From: Callorhinchus milii
Lineage: Eukaryota
Direction: 5' to 3'
NCBI RefSeq assembly: GCF_018977255.1
Contig: NW_024704742.1
Location: 83,268,001 to 83,332,000 of the forward strand
DNA: 64,000 nt
Made by a program: the position numbers and the translations under genes. Numbering within the stretch: the first letter of the stretch is position 1; the number at the start of each line of letters is the position of its first letter. Of the stretch, positions 38,061-52,100 are shown in pieces. The notes beneath the pieces were generated by a model that was not told the origin of the DNA, did not search any database, and saw nothing but the letters and a program-made list of their open reading frames with translations.

Positions 38061-38619
38061 AAAAAAATTATGATATTTTTGTTTAAAATTTAGTTTGGTT
38101 TCATGCATTCAAAAGTATTTATCGTTTTACGAATTCCAAATTTCTTAACCACTGAATAAATAAAAGAAAATGGAATAGATTTCCGTTACACTATCCCTTT
38201 GATGCGCAATACAGTGACCACAAGGTTCGGGTGGAAATGGCTTTCCATTTGAAGCAGTCAGATTGCAGCTATTTCCAACCCAAGAATAAAAATCGGAGGT
38301 TGATTTTATATAACAAATGGTACAGACTGGAAAGATGGAGGGCAGTGCTCAGGTAACTGATCCAAGCAGGAATTGGAGAAGCTACAATTGGTCTCGGGCC
38401 CCCTGGTCAGAGAGCATAAAATCAGCCAGGGCTCCAGTTGGTATCCAGCGTGTCCCTATTGGTATGAGTGTGTGCATGTCAGGTGAGGACAGGGTCAGCT
38501 CGGCTAAGATCTGCTACCCCCACCCACCCCACATCCCACTAGACAGTTGATTTATATCCAACCATTGTGGACCTGACATTGATTACTGAAAATAATATCA
38601 ACACTAATATCTAATAGTA

Positions 38620-38874
38620 AATAATAATAATCCTTGCATTTGATATAGCAACTTATCACGTCTTTGAGATGTCTCAAAGCTTCACAGAATATACTGTAAA
38701 GTGAATTGACGATATATTTGGTGGGTGAAACACGGCAGCCAATTGTGCACAGCGGTGTCCCACAAACAGTCGTGGATTGAGTGCCCAAATATTTTTTGAA
38801 GGAATTATTACTCCTAGAAAAGCAGGTCTCTCACTTGTGAGGCGAATGCTCTAACCACCAAGCTACAGGACTCC
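38620..38874 (-). mobile_element. tRNA-Ala-like SINE with internal deletion
   Basis: Head and tail present; the B box and CORE-like segment are missing. Confidence 0.85.
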
Positions 38875-41654
38875 ATGACATGTTAATAAGGAAACAACAT
38901 AAGTAATTACAAGAATTCCCTAAAGCATTTTTTTAAAAAGGGAACACAAAGGTCACTAGTAACAATTTGCCTGGAGCAACTAAATAATATTTTATACTTA
39001 ACAAACTATTAAACCAAAATATAAAGTGTGCTATGATCATGAATCTAGACTTCATTTACCACAATTTGCTTGACTATCCAAGTTGTTACAAGCAAGGTTT
39101 GATTGTAAACAGTGTTTGCAGAACTAAATATATAAGAAACAGCATGTATTCTCTCATGATACTTCTGCAGATAGAGATTTTTTCAAATCAACAAATCTGG
39201 ATATCCAGTTCGATATAAAGATTTAAAAGGCAATAAAATCTTATGGTGCTCAATAAATCTAAGAATTCTATCAACTGAATTTGAAAGCACATGAATCCCT
39301 GGCCCATGTAGCATTAAATACCCATGTGTTTAAAGTTTCTTTGATTAATAGAAATATATACTGTACTGTACTGACATTGCTCCATAGGACACTGAAGTAT
39401 ATGCAAGGGATGGTACCCCAGATAAGGCACAATATACTGTCAAATCTAACAAATATCAGAGTATCGTATTAATGCATGGAGTCAGATCTTCTCTCCCCAC
39501 CCCCCATACATTTCCAAAGAAAATGTAACAGATTTTTTATTGAAAATCTAGCGTTTAGTAAAAATGTTACGTAACTAGGAGGAGAAATGTACTCTATTTA
39601 TACACCAATTTAATTACTTCCAGAATTTGTCAAATTGTGCTGAATTTTGCCCGATTTCTGTAATTCTTAAAAGAACTTAAAGAGAAAACTGATTTTGAAA
39701 TTAAGACTATTTTAAAAATTGCCAAATTCTTAATGTTCTAAAACTCTAAATAAATTCCAGGTGGAATTTCTGCCCAATATTGTGGAAAGGGTAAATCGTT
39801 TTTCAAAAGGTAATTAACTACTGGAACAGGTTGCCAGGAAAGGTGGTTGATGTTAGGACAGTGGACTCATTTTAGAAAGAAGCTTGATGCTGTGACAGGA
39901 GATTATTTTATCACAAGCCCATGGTTACTGGCAGTGTTAAGGGACAACAACCTTACTGCTGCTCAGTTGCATTGCTTCTCTTGATCAGGAATGCAAAACA
40001 AATGGAGAAATCTAAATATCCATTTAGCTGACTTGTTGCTGTTATGGGAGCATTTTTGACAGCCACTAGCAACGTGCAGTGAGTGCAAAGTAACCTAATC
40101 AGTAAGTGTGGATGATTTATCTATCTTACAGGTTGACTGCTGTTAGAATATATGTCTTGATACTTGTTCCACGGAAGACAGGACTCTGGCTGCACAAAAT
40201 CTCAAGTAGCACCCTTTGGCAAAGGCAGAGAGAGGGAGAGACCTCACCTCTGATCTCACCTCTGCCAACATTTATTCAGCTCATGAGAGACAATCTACAC
40301 CTAGTGTTTCAATTATCACTCCTCTTCTGTCACAGGGCCCAACATTTTGACTGAACATTTACATTTGTGCAGAATTGTGGAAAATCCTTAAATTTACTCT
40401 TAATTTGGAAACTGGTTTTCTTTTAAGAACTGTGGTGAAAAACGGCTTTTGAAATTGATACTGAATATTTAATAACTTGCTGCAATTTTTGTGCCACCTT
40501 AAATATTAAGACAAAATGGTCTTACCAACTAAGGAGGAGTAAAATTTTGGGGTGTATGAAGGTGTGTGAGTTGGGGGGAATTGGAAGCTAGACAGCTGTA
40601 AAATCACTGTGGCACTGACAGCAAGCTCAGGTTAGTAAAATCTAGCCATGTAATGGCTTATTAACACAAAACTGAATTGTATGCAAATTGCTTAACGAGA
40701 ATGAGAAAGCAGAGAACAGAAAGAGAGCTGCAGGAGAGGTTCAGGCATCTGTTGTTTAGACTGTCTAACAGAAATGTTCCAATCACTGGAAAAAATATTA
40801 ATGTTATGCATTTGTGATGTAAATGAATTACCAAGATTCAGTGTTGATGCTGCAGGGGATCTGGAAGTTATTTTTCCCTTTCTAATTCTCCATCCTCCTC
40901 TCCAGAGGGATTGGCCAGAGGTTACATCACTACCGGGATATTAGGGTATGTTATGCCACAAAGTCGCTTAGGTGCTAAAATGTTCAACCTCAGGGGATCA
41001 TCCTTGCAGCAAAATGAATGCCCAGACGATAAACACGTATGCTTCAATTTTCCCAGTTAAGAGTTTAGTGAAGATTATAGCAAAACTTCTTGCAGTAAAG
41101 CAGAGGCACTGAAGAGAAGCTGCAAAGTTCTGGATTTATTGGACACATATTTACACGCGAAGAAAGAATCCAAACTCCTAGAGGACAAGATATGTATTTC
41201 TAGCAGGCCTTCACTGGGTCCATTTATGGCTGAGGAAGGAATGAAGCATTCAGTGCCTTTGTTGTTCTGCTTTCTGGATAGAAGGGAAGAATCCAGCAGG
41301 CAATCACATGTACATCAACACTGAACCAGTGAAACAAATCACTGGTTAAATAAACAGGAAACTTTATCGAGATGTGTGAAATATGATTTTAATTTCTGAG
41401 CTGATGGGGAACTGTAAGAATGGATTTTTTAAAAATTCCCACAGAATAATATATCAACATTAGTTAAATATTTGGCTTGCAGTTTTTTTAAAATAAATTA
41501 TTTTAATGCGTTAGTTAGACTAGAAAAACCAAAGAAATCCTTCCAGAGAGGTAACTCCTTCACTGTGGTTATTTTTATGTGCCCGGCTTGGGACCACATG
41601 AACGCTTTCATTCTATGTTGGTGATCGCGGGGGCAATGCAGGGATACATTCCGT

Positions 41655-41985
41655 ACTCGGTCAGTTAAAAGTACTCAGATGTGTTGGAGACAACCCCATG
41701 TTTGAGACCTTAAACTCATGATCTAGGCCGACTGGGTGAGCGCTGCATTGACAAACGTACCTTCATTCAGATGACATGTTAAACCGAGGTCGCGTCTGCC
41801 TGTTCAGGTGTATATTAAAGATCCCATGGCACTTGTTGAAAAGAAAAGGGAGTTTTTCCTGGTATCCTGGCCAAAAGTCCCCCAAAGAAAATTAATCACA
41901 CACTCCATAGCTGCATATCCTGTAAAGCAGTTTTGAGACTTCCTCCTGCCATGAAGGGCGCAATACCAAATGTAAGGATTATTCC
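41655..41985 (+). mobile_element. DeuSINE, decayed
   Basis: gttaaaccgaggtcgcgtctgcctgttcaggtg...aagatcccatggcac...ggtatcctggcc. Confidence 0.75.
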
Positions 41986-42111
41986 TTTTTGTCTACCTTC
42001 AATGTGATGGAAAGAGGATACAGAACAGCTGGTGATGTGCCAGCTACCCTGATGTTCCAGAACTCCACGTCCAATGCTGAGCACCAAGTTTACTCAAGAT
42101 CAATTACTTAA

Positions 42112-42518
42112 TCCAGGTCTTCAAGATCCTCACCCTCGTATTCAAGTCTCTGCACTCCTCTGCACCCCCCTACCTCTCTGACCTCCTCTCTCCTCAAAAC
42201 AGCACCCATTCCCTTCGTTCCTCCGGGTCTGGCCACGTCCTTGTCCCCCGAGTCCTCCGCTCCACCCTCGGCGGCCGTGCCTTCAGCCACTATGCCCCGA
42301 GGCTCTGGAACTGCCTTCCTCACTCCCTTTGTCTCGCTCCCTCCCTCCCTTCCCATTTTCAGGTCTCTGCTGAAGAACTTTCTTTTTGACCGCGCCTTTG
42401 GTCACCTTCCTCCCCCTCCCCCTGGCTCGGCCCTGGGATCCGAAACTGTAAAGCATTCTGAGACGCCGTCCGGCGTGGAGGGCGCTATATAAATCCAAGT
42501 TGTTGTTGTCGTTGTTGT
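42112..42518 (+). mobile_element. 5'-truncated L2 LINE (second 3'-UTR type)
   Basis: ttcaagatcctcaccctcgtattcaag...ggcgctatataaatccaag(TTG)n. Same type as the 14070 copy. Confidence 0.9.
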
Positions 42519-44094
42519 GTTGCTGTCATGTGAGGTGCCCTGGCAAAGAAACATGGACAACATGATGTCAAGCATGCCTCCACGGTGCTGAATGAAAGGT
42601 CAGGTCTATGTAACCAAGGTCACTTCACTTTTTAGTCAGAATTCCATCTAACCCCTTGATCTTGGACTTCGTAATTAGACCAAAGAAAACCTGCATATCC
42701 AGGAGCTCAGAACCATGAAGGAGAACTGTTAGGCACACACCTTATGTACCAAAAACGTAATCTGCATTGAGACTTCACTATCGTTGAAGAGAGATGAAAA
42801 CAACTAAAATGCACTTTGTCCTTCTCAGCAAGGTCCCAAAGAACCATATGCAAGCAAAAGTCAGTATCCTCCACAACTCCAACTACTTATACTAATCAAC
42901 AATTGGGATGGATCTAATCGATACCTTCAAAGTCCCCTTCCAAGCTCTGCATGGCCATAATACCACACTTTGGGAGATGCACCATCATAACTCTTGATCA
43001 TCATTCAGTTTTCTAAAATTGCCTAGTAAAGCAGAGAAATGGTTAATAGCTTCTCAGTTAATTCACCTGGATGTTGCTGCAATTTAGCGATCTCTCTCTG
43101 ACTCTCCCTCTGGACAGAAGAAACTTATTTCATACGTTGAAATTAATTTCAGCTGATCTTGAAGCCATTATTGGTGTATTTTAAAATGTTAAAATATGGT
43201 TAACATGTGCAGCATAAACTTATCGTGAATGCCTGCTCATTACCGAGAAGTGGCAAGTGTTGGGCTGGTTTGAGTTTCGCGGTGCGTAAGCTTTGTGAAC
43301 GATTTGCTTCTTTGGACATTGGTTAAGCATAATAAAGCTCGGCTTGTTTTGACTGTTTGTCGAGAATAGATAATTTTCAATTGCATAGAGACAGGGGGAT
43401 GAGAGCCTCCTATGGAGTTGAACATAGCATTTACAGCAGGACCCCAATATTAATTAGCTCAGGCACAGCATTTCATGTACTGAATCCTTGTGTGAAATAT
43501 AGATATCAAGAGCTATTCCGCTTTTCCAACTGTTATTATATTTGTATTACAAACAAGTCTTCTAAATCAATATTTTTGAAATATTATTTATGAATGCGGT
43601 AGAATTATCTTAAGCTAAAATCTCCCTCCCTGTAGAAAGACTGCCTTGTAATGTGACTCCCAAACATTCCTAGCCAAGAAAGGGACATCTTCCATTGTGG
43701 TAAACAGCAGTCTTCCCTTTAATCTGGGCCTTTATAAATAGTGTTCTTTTCTGTCCTAATGTCCTTCATTTTGTCCCAGTATTTTCCGGGGTACTCTGTA
43801 AATATTGCTCGGTTTGATGCTTCTGCCAGTGAATGTTGTGGTTGGAACATAAATATTGGCACAGGAAATGAGTTTGAACTTTCTACTTATAAGACATGAG
43901 CACATCTGCTGGAACTAATAGTATTTTTTGTATGTACTTTGTTTAGTAGATCAGCTGCATTCTATCTTCTGGATTTTTATTTATTAATAGATATAAAGCC
44001 CCAAGAAGGGAATAATTTAAATTCTTATCTGCAGTTTAGCTTTTAACTCTTAGATCGTCAATCATTCCAATGAACCGTCAGTCATTCCGGGGAA

Positions 44095-44760
44095 TGATCA
44101 GCCATCCTAGGCTGACACTTCAAATCAGTGCTGGGGGAGTGCTGCATTGTCAAAGGTGTCATCCTTCGGATGAGAAGTTAAATCGAACAACAACAACAAG
44201 ATTTCATTTAGAGAGCGCCTTTCACGTCGGGAGGACATCCCAAGGTGCTGGACAGTTGGGTTGGGACCCGAGCAGAGGGGAAATGGTCAGGGTGAGGGGA
44301 GGGAAGGTAGGGAGCGAGGAAGAGATAGAGAGTCGAGAGGGGAGCTGAAGGCACGGTCGAAGAGAAAGGTCTTGAGACCGGCCTTGAAGGAGGAAAGGGA
44401 GGAGGCGGCGAAGGCACTGGGGGATAGAGTTCCAGAGCCTCGGGGCTGAGAGGCTGAAGGCCCGCCCACCGATGGTAGGGCAGTTGGGGCGGGGGATGTG
44501 GAGCAGACCGGAGCCAGAGGAACGGAGGGTTCGGGCAGGTAAGTAGGGGGATATTAGGTCGGAGAGGTAGGAGGGAGCGAGGCCGTGAATGGCCTTGTAG
44601 GTGAGGATGAGGATCTTGAAATCGATCCTCTGGGGGATGGGGAGCCAGTGGAGGCAAGCGAGGGTGGGAGTGATATGGTCGCGAAGTCCTGTTTGTCTGT
44701 TCAGGTGGACGTTTAAAATCCGAAATGCACTATTCGAAATGAGAAGGGAGTTTCTTATAA
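44095..44760 (+). mobile_element. DeuSINE split by an L2 insertion
   Basis: ...ggatgagaagttaaatcga (ends ~44186) resumes as agtcctgtttgtctgttcaggtggacg (~44685). Confidence 0.8.
44187..44683 (-). mobile_element. 5'-truncated L2 LINE (third 3'-UTR type)
   Basis: RDHITPTLACLHWLPIPQRIDFKILILTYKAIHGLAPSYL...RLWNSIP and a (TTG)n tail. Confidence 0.92.
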
Positions 44761-46020
44761 CAACCATCAATTTACCACCAGAACTAAGCATGAATTAAGC
44801 CAATATTTTTAATGTGCCTTTCATGTCAAAAGAAACATCTCAATGCATTTCACAAAATAAATTTATTTAGAGAAAATTTTGTTGTGTAGGCAAACAGGAC
44901 CCACAATAAACATTCAATTGAAAAAGAGACGTTGGTCTGGAAACAAATAAATGATAAATGTGTATTTAATATAGGATGTTATTATGCAGGCAAATTTACT
45001 GCTGAGGATTATTAGGTTAACTATCATCATGTTACTTAAAATTAAATGTTCCATATACCAACCAAGTGTAAGTCATAAGTTCTTTGTCAAATGAGCCTAG
45101 CTCATAATACTCTGGCAGTAAAAAGATGGAGTAAAGCAATTGCAAATAAAGCTGCATGAAATAATTAATGAAAGGGAAGGAGTATGGCCCTTTCAGCCAC
45201 ATTCCTTCCCTTTTATTCAGCATAGAGAGCCACTAGAATAGATGGAAATGTATGAGCCAATAGCATCCAAATAATTAACAGGATCTCTAGGATAGGCAGG
45301 CATAAGGTAGGTGCAAGCATACCTCAGCAGAGGACCCAGAATGAAAGGGGCCCCATAATAAATGGTGTACCTGCCAAGTGAACCAGATTCAACTCCAATT
45401 CAAGTCTCAGAGCAAAAGATTAGCATTCCCAACTGCTGAGCCACAAAGGCTCAAGTCCCAGCAAATTTGCTGAAAATGGTTAAGTAATGCTGTGTTCTAT
45501 CATAGATATGCTGATCCCATTATAAAGCCATTGTGAAAGGTATACTATTTATAGCAACCAGTTCATTGTTTTCGTCTTTTGCAATCACTGTTTTTTCCAA
45601 TGGAAAAAGCTTCTTATGAAATTTGCTGTAAGCATATTTGGACAACATATGAAAAAAACAGATGTAGTCTCTGTTTTCCACTTTGTTCAGTATTGTTTTT
45701 CTAAGCCTTATGTTGTAACTTTTGGTTAAGAAACCCCTAGAAATAATGCCCAAATCCAAAATTATATGTTTGTTCTGAGGCTGACCCCCTCAGAGGATTC
45801 TTCTGTTGATTCAATCACCCAAAGTTTCAACTCCAGTACATTATAACTTGTTCCACACATATCGTGAAAACATGTTGTGGAGTCCTGTAGCTCAGTGGTT
45901 AGAGCACTCGCCTTGCAAGTGAGAGGATTGAGTTGATTCCCAGGCAGGGCAATACGTTGGGCAAGTTTCCTTACTCCATACGCCTCTGTTTACGTAACAG
46001 TAAGTAGGAAACCAGTTGTT

Positions 46021-47325
46021 CATCCTCAACCTTCATGGTTCTGTCCTTGAATGTTCAGATCCTACCTCTCACACCATCTCCACTTCATCTCCACAAACAG
46101 CTTCTCCTCTATCCCCCACACAATCTCGTTCTTCAGAGCTCTGTCCTTGGTCTTCTACTCTTCAATACCCATATGTTCCCTTTTGGTGATATCATCCGCA
46201 GACATGGGGTCAACTTGCACATGTATGCGGATGACACCCAACTCTATCTCTCTGCCTCCACCCTTGACTCCAGGACCACTGCTGTCCTGACAGAATGTCT
46301 GTCGGACATCAAGTCCTGGATGAGAGCTAACATTCTACAGTTGAACGTCAACAAGACCGAGGCCCTCCTGAATGGCTCCCGTCAGCATCCCACACCTCGG
46401 GCACTGACAGCATCACCATCCAAGGATGCACACTCCACCTTACTGAGCTAGTCCGGAACATTGGCATCTTGTTTGACACTCAACAATTTTTTCTACCTCA
46501 CATCCGTACCATGACACGCTCTGCTTCCCTCACCTCCGCAACATCGCCCGGCTCCGCCACTGTCACACACTGCAGGCAGCCAAGAACCTGATACACGCAT
46601 TCATAACATCCAGGCTTGACTATGCAAACTCAATGCTTGTTGGCCTCCCCAACTCCTCCATCCATAGGCTGCAGATCATCCAGAACTTTGCAGCCCGTGT
46701 CCTCTCCCGCACCAGGCTCCGTGATTCTATCATCCCCATACTGGCTTCCCATCACACAGAGGATATAGTTCAAGATCCTGATCCTCACCTTCAAAGTTCT
46801 CCATGGTCTTGATCTCCCCTACCTCTGCAACCTCCTAACCCCCTACCAAACTGTCCGCTCCCTCCGCTCAGCGGGCTCCGGCCTGCTTCACGTGTTCTGC
46901 TTCTCCCGTCCCACCATTGGTGGGTGGGCCTTCTGCCACTCTGCCGCCATCCTTTGGAACTCCATCTCGCAGTCCCTCCACCTCATCCCCTCCCTTGCCT
47001 CCTTCAAGACCAGTCTCAAGACCCTCCTCTTCGACCATGCCTTCGGTCCCCCTCCTTCCCCCCCATGCCCTCCACCATCGCTATACAAAGCAGGTCAAGC
47101 AACATCTGTGGAGAAAGGAAAGTGATTCAACCTTTGGGTCCACGACCCTTTATCAGAACACTGAAATGTCATGGACCTGAAACGTTGACTCACTTTCCTT
47201 TCTTCATAGATGCTGCCTGACCTGCTGAATGTTCCCAGCGACTTCTGTTTTTGTTTCAGATTTCCAGCATCTGCAGTAATTTGTGTTTTGTTTCTTGCTA
47301 TACAAATGTCATTTTGTTGTTGTTG
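46021..47325 (+). mobile_element. 5'-truncated L2 LINE with RT motif
   Basis: SVLGLLLF...HMYADDTQLYLS...DIKSWMRANILQLNVNKTE, with frameshifts and a (TTG)n tail. Confidence 0.92.
47090..47296. mobile_element. Palindromic Penelope-like element inserted in the L2 tail
   Basis: Same family as the 8186 and 13992 copies. Flanked by the direct repeat GCTATACAAA (47080-47089, 47297-47306). Confidence 0.75.
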
Positions 47326-47949
47326 TGAGTCGATTAGCAGATCGCTTTTCCAATGCTAATAATCCCTTCAAAAATAAATAAATAAAATAATAATAATTTG
47401 TTTACTCAACCCATGACTGTTTGTGGGACTCTGCTGTGCACAATTGGCTGCCATGTTTCGTCCACAAAATATACATTCAATTCACTTTATATATGTTCTG
47501 TGAAGCGCATTGAGCCATCTCAAAGATGTGATAAGACGCTATATCAAATGAAAGGATTATTATATTATTATAAACCAAAATATCTTCAATTTATAAATGA
47601 AAAATAATTCTATCTGCAAGGTGGCATCTTATGTATTCTGAGAGCAATCCGCTGCCATACACGGCACACTCTGAATAATGACTTCCTTTATGCTTGATGG
47701 CTTGCTACAGGTTCACCTACAAATACACTTTACAGTAAATCCAATGAAGATGGGCTTTAAGTAATTCAGTGTGATAAGGTGCTATACCAAGCACAAGGAT
47801 TTGCATGAAATGATGACATTTTCATGAACCATTTTTGTCCATTGCAGCCCAGTATCAAATAGGCCACAACATTTGATAAGCATTTGAATTCCTAGGCAGT
47901 AGTGTAACTACAACCCGACCTTTGTTTTGGAGATGCCCTAAACATTGCC

Positions 47950-48815
47950 TATTCACACATTCATCACCTCTTGCCTCATGTTTTCCTTGCCAGTCTCCCC
48001 AACTCCACCAACCACAAAATCCAACTGTCCAAAATTCTGCTGCCCATATCCTTACCCATACCAAACACCACCCCAGTCCTTGTCGGGCTCCAGTGGCTCC
48101 CTATTGCAAAATGGATCAATTTCAAGATCCTCACACTTACTTACAAATCAAAAGACCTCACTACCTCTTGGACCTGCTTATCTGCCATTCATCTACCTTC
48201 ATGCTTTTATTACATCAAGGCTCAACTATGCAAACTCATTGCTTGTCGGCCTCCCCAACTCCTCCCTCCACAGGCTGCAGATCATCCAGAACTCTGCAGC
48301 CGTGTCCTCTCCCACACTGGGCTCCAAGACCCTATCAACCTCATCCTTGCCCAGCTCCACTGACTTCCCATCACACAGAGGATACAGTTCAAGATCCTGT
48401 TCCTCACCTTCAAAGCCCTCCACGGACCAGCTCAGGTCCGTAACTCTGTCTGTCTAGCGCCTTGGGATGTCCTCCTGACATGAAAGGCAATTTACAAATA
48501 TAATTTTGTTGTTGTTGTTGTTGTTACCACTTCACTCAATGAGTTCCGTCCTTCCACACCTCCTTCATCCTTCACCTCACATCAGCGGCCGAGCTTTCAG
48601 CCATGAAGCACCGAGCCTCTGGAACTTTCTGCTTCAATCCCTCAGCGTTGCCCATCTTGGCCCATTTTCAGATCACATTTTAAGCCCATCCTTTTTGACC
48701 ATGCCATTTGTCTTTCTCCTCTCTCCCCAGCTCCGCATTAAGCTCTGTCACTGTAAATGCTCCAAGACGTTACCCCACATGATGGTCACTATATAACTGC
48801 AAGCTGTTGTTGCTG
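47950..48815 (+). mobile_element. Cluster of nested or tandem L2 fragments
   Basis: Two ITSRL/ITSCL-type segments and two (TTG)-type tails (~48525 and ~48810). Confidence 0.75.
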
Positions 48816-51329
48816 TAAATGGAGGTCATCTCATAAATGTAAACTATCAAACAGAGATCCACAGATAATCTAAATAAGTAAAGATACTGCCTGTCCCAGC
48901 AAGGAGGCAAACAGACAAGAAGGTTAAAATAACAACAACAAATTGCATTGATATGGAGTGGACCAGTGCCTGCTGAACAGAGGGACCGGCATTTGTTGTG
49001 AATTGGATTCTTCGAAAGATTGCTATTTCCTGGAGTATGTGTGACCAGTGTTAATCCATATGTTTTTCCATGTTTAAGTTATTAAGGACATTTAACCTGG
49101 CAATCCTCCTGCAACTCATTAAGCTCTTCTACGTTTCCTCTGCGGTAATTTTTTCTCCTACGTGCTTCCCTCTCACTTGTTATCATACATTTCTGAAGTT
49201 TAATTTATCGGGGTAAAAAAAATAATAAATGCGTTTTGCTATATAGGAACAAATCCGAAACATTAACCTGCCATTTTCTTGTCCAAATACTGATCGATCC
49301 GCTGTGCATTTCCAACATTTTCTAATTTACAAGAGGTATTGGATACAATGAGTTCCTAAGTCCAGTGGAGATTTGGAGCCTTATGCAATTGATGACTTCC
49401 TCTCGAATACCAACATTTCACTGATTGAATTATATCTTCATGTCTCTGCAAGTGCTCACAGAATCGGAAGAGACGGTTGGACAACGAACATCATTGAATC
49501 CATTTATTCTTAACTCTTCAGAATATCAAACCTACTGTTCAAGAACACAAGCACTATTGAACAGTTGTTTCTTTTTGTGGTGGGGGTTTGGGTCAGTCAT
49601 AGTCTAACACATGCGGAAACCCATCACTATGCTTAAGAGTATCCAAACAAAGCTGAGATTTCCATGCATTCCACCTACACTTGGAAATTCCAGAGACAGA
49701 TTATTCGAATGGAATACGCCCTCTCTTCTTGGAGGGATCTAATTCCAGAAAGTATGAGGCCCAGTTATCAACAGCAAAGCATTAAGAGAATTTTAAAATT
49801 CACCTTTTTGACTATCTTCACATCCTCCAGGATCACATTGGAAATGCTTTTACTTATGCAGGTAAATTTGTACCAGTGGAGGCACCACATTCTGACTGTG
49901 GCTTCCAGATTTTAACCTGCTGGTCATCTCCACATCAAGGGATCAACTCTCTTGCTGTTTTCTGATGGAATTGACAAGGTAAATAGTGGACAACTGTTTT
50001 TTCTGACAAAGGAATCCAAAACAAATGGACATAATCTTAAAATTGGAGCTTTAGCGGTTCATAGTAAGCCCAGAGAACAGAGAGCTTTACAAAAATGTTC
50101 AGCTCCAAGAGATCCTACTTACTTCCCCCCAGGAGGATAGTCATTAGTTGGTCATTTGACATGCGATAAGCGCAGGTTTGAACCCTCACTGGGTGGATGA
50201 GCTTCTTGGTATACAATACAGTTCCACATGAAATGGCTGAGAGCATTGCCATCTTCCTCTCCAAAACTTGGACACACATCCCTTCCCATTGAACATTGGT
50301 TCCACCAATTGAAGATGTGGATCTTAAGCAGCAGATGCTTACCTTTCTGCAAATCAATCAAGATGGATTCCAGGTCCTGGATGTATGAATGCATGTTCAC
50401 AAACTCAGACTCCAGGTAACACTTTTCAAAGCTTTCAACAACCCCAAGCCTCAGAGTTTTCTAATTAACTATCTGGCGGACATCTGCCTTCAGTGTGGTC
50501 GGAGGACCTTTACGGGACAGCTTTTAACGTGCTAACTGCCTTGATGTTTTCAAGGCCAAAGTTCAATACTGCATACTGTCTGCTTAATCCAGGACCAGCT
50601 GCTTAAACCAGGTCCTCATGTGAGGGGGCTCTTGGCAAATAGATGTGCCCACTGTGAAGCTGCCTCCGCCTCCAGGGTGCTTAGTGACTCAGAGGTGTTG
50701 ATGGTGCAAGACAAACACAGCAATAGTGGCATCTGCAGTATTTTGCCTTTATCTGAAAAGTAATGTGCCTGGAACTCTAGAAATTTACAGCACAAGAGAA
50801 GGCCATTCAGCCCACTGCTTCGTTTAAGAGTAATCCTTTTAGTCCCATTTACCTGTCCTTTCCCTGTAGACCTGAAGGTTCAGACTCTTTAGCATAAAGA
50901 TAATAGTGAAAGTTGCCACGTCCTGGCTTCAGCCTCTCTGCCCCCACCCTTTGGAACTCCATCTCACAGTCCCTTTGCTTCACCCCCTGTCTTGTCTCCT
51001 TCAATGCCCATCTCAAGACCTTTTTCTTTCCTGGCCTTCAGTCACTCTCCCTGCCCTCCACCCCTCCTGATACCAACCACCGGCTCTGGTCCACATCCTT
51101 GACTGTCCAGCGTTTGGGATATCCTCCTGATGTAAAAGCTGCTATACAAATGTAATTTGTTGTTTTGTTCAGATTTGTAGGATTTATCACCAACACCTGA
51201 CTCTCTGCCTCTGACTGTAAAAACTATCATTATTTTGCACTTGGAAGAGACTGCAGGTGTATCACTTAGTGGTGCCATTTGTATCCACATTCAGAAGGCA
51301 GCAGATGCTTTGAATAGCGGCCAAACAGT

Positions 51330-51540
51330 TAGGTACACAGCAAAGATAGTATCCTACAGCTGGACTCTCAAGAGGACTCGATATTGCTGATACCGACATC
51401 AAAATCAAGTCATCATCAGTCAAGTGATGGTGGATGTCAGCTCTCAAGAGCTTCCGTTTCCTCAACATGCAGATGGTGCACAGTTTCTAGATCAGGATAC
51501 CCTCTCCACCCAGTTGACTACTGAATTTTGGCACCAAAAC
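51330..51540 (-). mobile_element. Possible RTE-clade LINE relic
   Basis: Frameshifted peptides VNWVERVS and MLRKRKLLRADIHHHLTDDD resemble the RTE motif ISWxDRVSN...LRxRRLRWAGHxxRMxDD. Confidence 0.35.
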
Positions 51541-51579
51541 ATGATGACTTCATCCCAGTCTATTTTGTGAAATTTCGAC

Positions 51580-52100
51580 AACGACTTGCATTTATATTGC
51601 GCCTTTCACATAGCAAAATATCTCAAAGCGCTTTACAGAGATGGAGTGGGAGCCCAAGCAGCTGGGACATAGGAGGGAGGTGACTGAACAGTCAAAAGAG
51701 AGATTTTTAGATGAGATTCGAAAGAACAGAGGAAGGGTGTGAAAGGATTCAGGGAGAGAGTTCCAGAGGGTGCAAGCAAAATGAATGACAGAGTTAAGGA
51801 GGGGGCAAAGGAATGGAGGCATCTGATGGTTAGAATGCAGATGTTGAAATCAATCCACTGGGGAATACAGTAGGTTGCTAGTGGGCCTTGGCAAGAATGG
51901 TGGTGATATTGCTCAGCAAGTGTTTTTGGTGCACTGGCTTGTGGCGATGGCTTGGCATATGCAGCATCAAGTGGTGTGTTGTATATGACATAACTTGGCC
52001 ATCCAGAAGAGAATCCACCCTGACATAGTTGAAGTATGGACACATGCATGGGCTGTGGAGGAAGAGAAACTATATCAGCCTGGAGCAAGAAATGATGTGT
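51580..52100 (-). mobile_element. Decayed L2 3' fragment
   Basis: IPQWIDFNICILTIRCLHSFAPS peptide and an antisense tail acttgcatttatattgcgcctttcac. Confidence 0.7.

Larger units (their letters stand above)
45879..47572 (+). mobile_element. tRNA-Ala-like SINE (long) split by an L2
   Basis: The 5' part 45879-46020 ends ...accagttgtt. The 3' part resumes at ~47326 with gagtcgattagcagatcgc. Confidence 0.88.
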
